64,000 bases of DNA from Myxococcota bacterium (GTDB lineage: Bacteria; Myxococcota_A; UBA9160; UBA6930): positions 1,024,001-1,088,000 of the forward strand of contig OZ245015.1 in the NCBI GenBank assembly GCA_965223705.1, given 5' to 3'. How positions within the stretch are numbered: position 1 is the stretch's first letter; each line of letters begins with the position of its first letter. Positions 63,845-64,000 of the stretch are shown piece by piece. The translations under genes were made by a program, and so were the position numbers. Under the pieces are notes generated by a model. It was not told the origin of the DNA and did not search any database. It saw only the letters and a list, made by a program, of their open reading frames with translations.

Positions 63845-64000
63845 ATGTCGAAGGGTAAATTCAAACGCGTTTGCCTCGCGTACAGCGGTGGCCTCGATAC
63901 GTCTGTGATTCTGCGCTGGTTGATCGAGGCGTACGACTGCGAAGTCGTGGCCTACTGCGCCGACGTGGGCCAAGAAGAAGAGCTGTCCGGCCTTCCCGAG
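63845..64000 (+). CDS. argG: Argininosuccinate synthase (3' partial)
   Basis: [26 protein letters not shown]...[13 protein letters not shown], translated by hand (not in the ORF track). Confidence 0.95.
   Translation, partial: MSKGKFKRVCLAYSGGLDTSVILRWLIEAYDCEVVAYCADVGQEEELSGLPE

Overview
GC-rich bacterial chromosomal segment. Gene content and order (tsaP-dprA-trmFO-xerC-hslVU-arg, exosortase, several sigma54 activators) suggest a Myxococcota/deltaproteobacterial host; this is inference. 1-13.5 kb is housekeeping: MCE/MlaD, an unknown W-P-F repeat protein, DUF362, a bi-domain oxidoreductase, purD, tsaC, DUF1015, dciA, rpsP-khpA-rimM-trmD-rplS, yraN, rsmI. About 13.5-49 kb is a large Wzx/Wzy exopolysaccharide plus exosortase locus. 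Its variable part (about 13-35 kb) has visibly lower GC, and between about 12 and 30 kb the genes repeatedly switch strand. It holds a methyltransferase, wecB, three GT4s, an F420-type LLM oxidoreductase, wzx, a PL1 lyase, wzy, heparinase II/III, a CapK-Gfo/Idh/MocA fusion, epsI and the exosortase. Downstream are export and regulatory genes: a sigma54 activator, short OPX plus beta-barrel, PCP, ExeA-like ATPase, BY-kinase, WecA-like transferase, gmd, epimerase, ugd, manC, Crp, HK/RR and a PrsT-like TPR protein. 49-64 kb carries tsaP-like, dprA, trmFO, xerC, hslVU, REC-GAF-GAF, argB, argF, an inserted four-gene module (J-domain protein, lidless Hsp70, TPR-wHTH, PAS-pseudokinase) and the start of argG. 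Most notable: (i) six intergenic sigma28/FliA-WhiG-type promoters with identical spacing link the EPS/exosortase genes, tsaP and the Hsp70 module, none of them flagellar; (ii) the specialised Hsp70/pseudokinase module; (iii) the strand-scrambled EPS island with stop-codon overlaps and rut-like skew at its left edge. No tRNA, rRNA, CRISPR array or transposase was seen. All family calls come from motif recognition, not database searches.
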